Source: Cyanobacteria bacterium P01_D01_bin.156 (GTDB lineage Bacteria; Cyanobacteriota; Cyanobacteriia; Phormidesmidales; Phormidesmidaceae). Taken from it: DNA of 64,000 nucleotides. Shown piece by piece: positions 63,975 to 64,000 of this stretch. The stretch's first letter is position 1, and the number at the start of each line of letters is the position of its first letter. The position numbers and the translations under genes are program-made. The DNA is taken from NCBI GenBank assembly GCA_039024555.1, contig JBCCQQ010000018.1, positions 1 through 64,000 of the forward strand, given 5' to 3'. The notes under the pieces were generated by a model, which was not told the origin of the DNA, searched no databases, and worked only from the letters and a program-made list of their open reading frames with translations.

Positions 63975-64000
63975 TGTCTAAAGCAATGAATTCAGATAGT

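Noticed and set aside
1..64000. CRISPR array, prophage, rRNA or defence island
   Set aside because: No regularly spaced repeats, cas, phage or rRNA sequence seen; nearly all of the window is explained by housekeeping genes.

Overview
Mostly core genome of a cyanobacterium. Evidence: psbZ, at least 14 HIP1 GCGATCGC octamers, Yfr1 sRNA, cyanobacterial LexA boxes and cyanobacterial gene order. A filamentous Leptolyngbyaceae-like host is my inference only. The window holds about 50 protein genes, one tRNA-Gly(GCC), the Yfr1 ncRNA, the left end of an ISAs1-family IS just upstream of the str operon promoter, a decayed 2H-phosphoesterase pseudogene and prfB with its programmed +1 frameshift. The main blocks are rpsL-rpsG-fusA-tuf-rpsJ; rne-rnhB; asd-dapA-rnj; tig-clpP-clpX; sigF; a PGM1-like ATP-grasp ligase converging on smpB; prfB-ybeY-dgkA-trpG; guaB-Yfr1-trxA; a kinase/USP/PphA/ABC1 cluster; psbZ-ribH-trnG; surE/pheS; lexA; sigA and thyX. 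I saw no CRISPR array, prophage or defence island. The best leads for undescribed biology are a multi-hairpin element ending in an intrinsic terminator 14 nt before ribH, the orphan PGM1-like ligase, a long rpsL-rpsG intercistronic hairpin and several apparent pseudo-enzymes. None is established as a new system from sequence alone.
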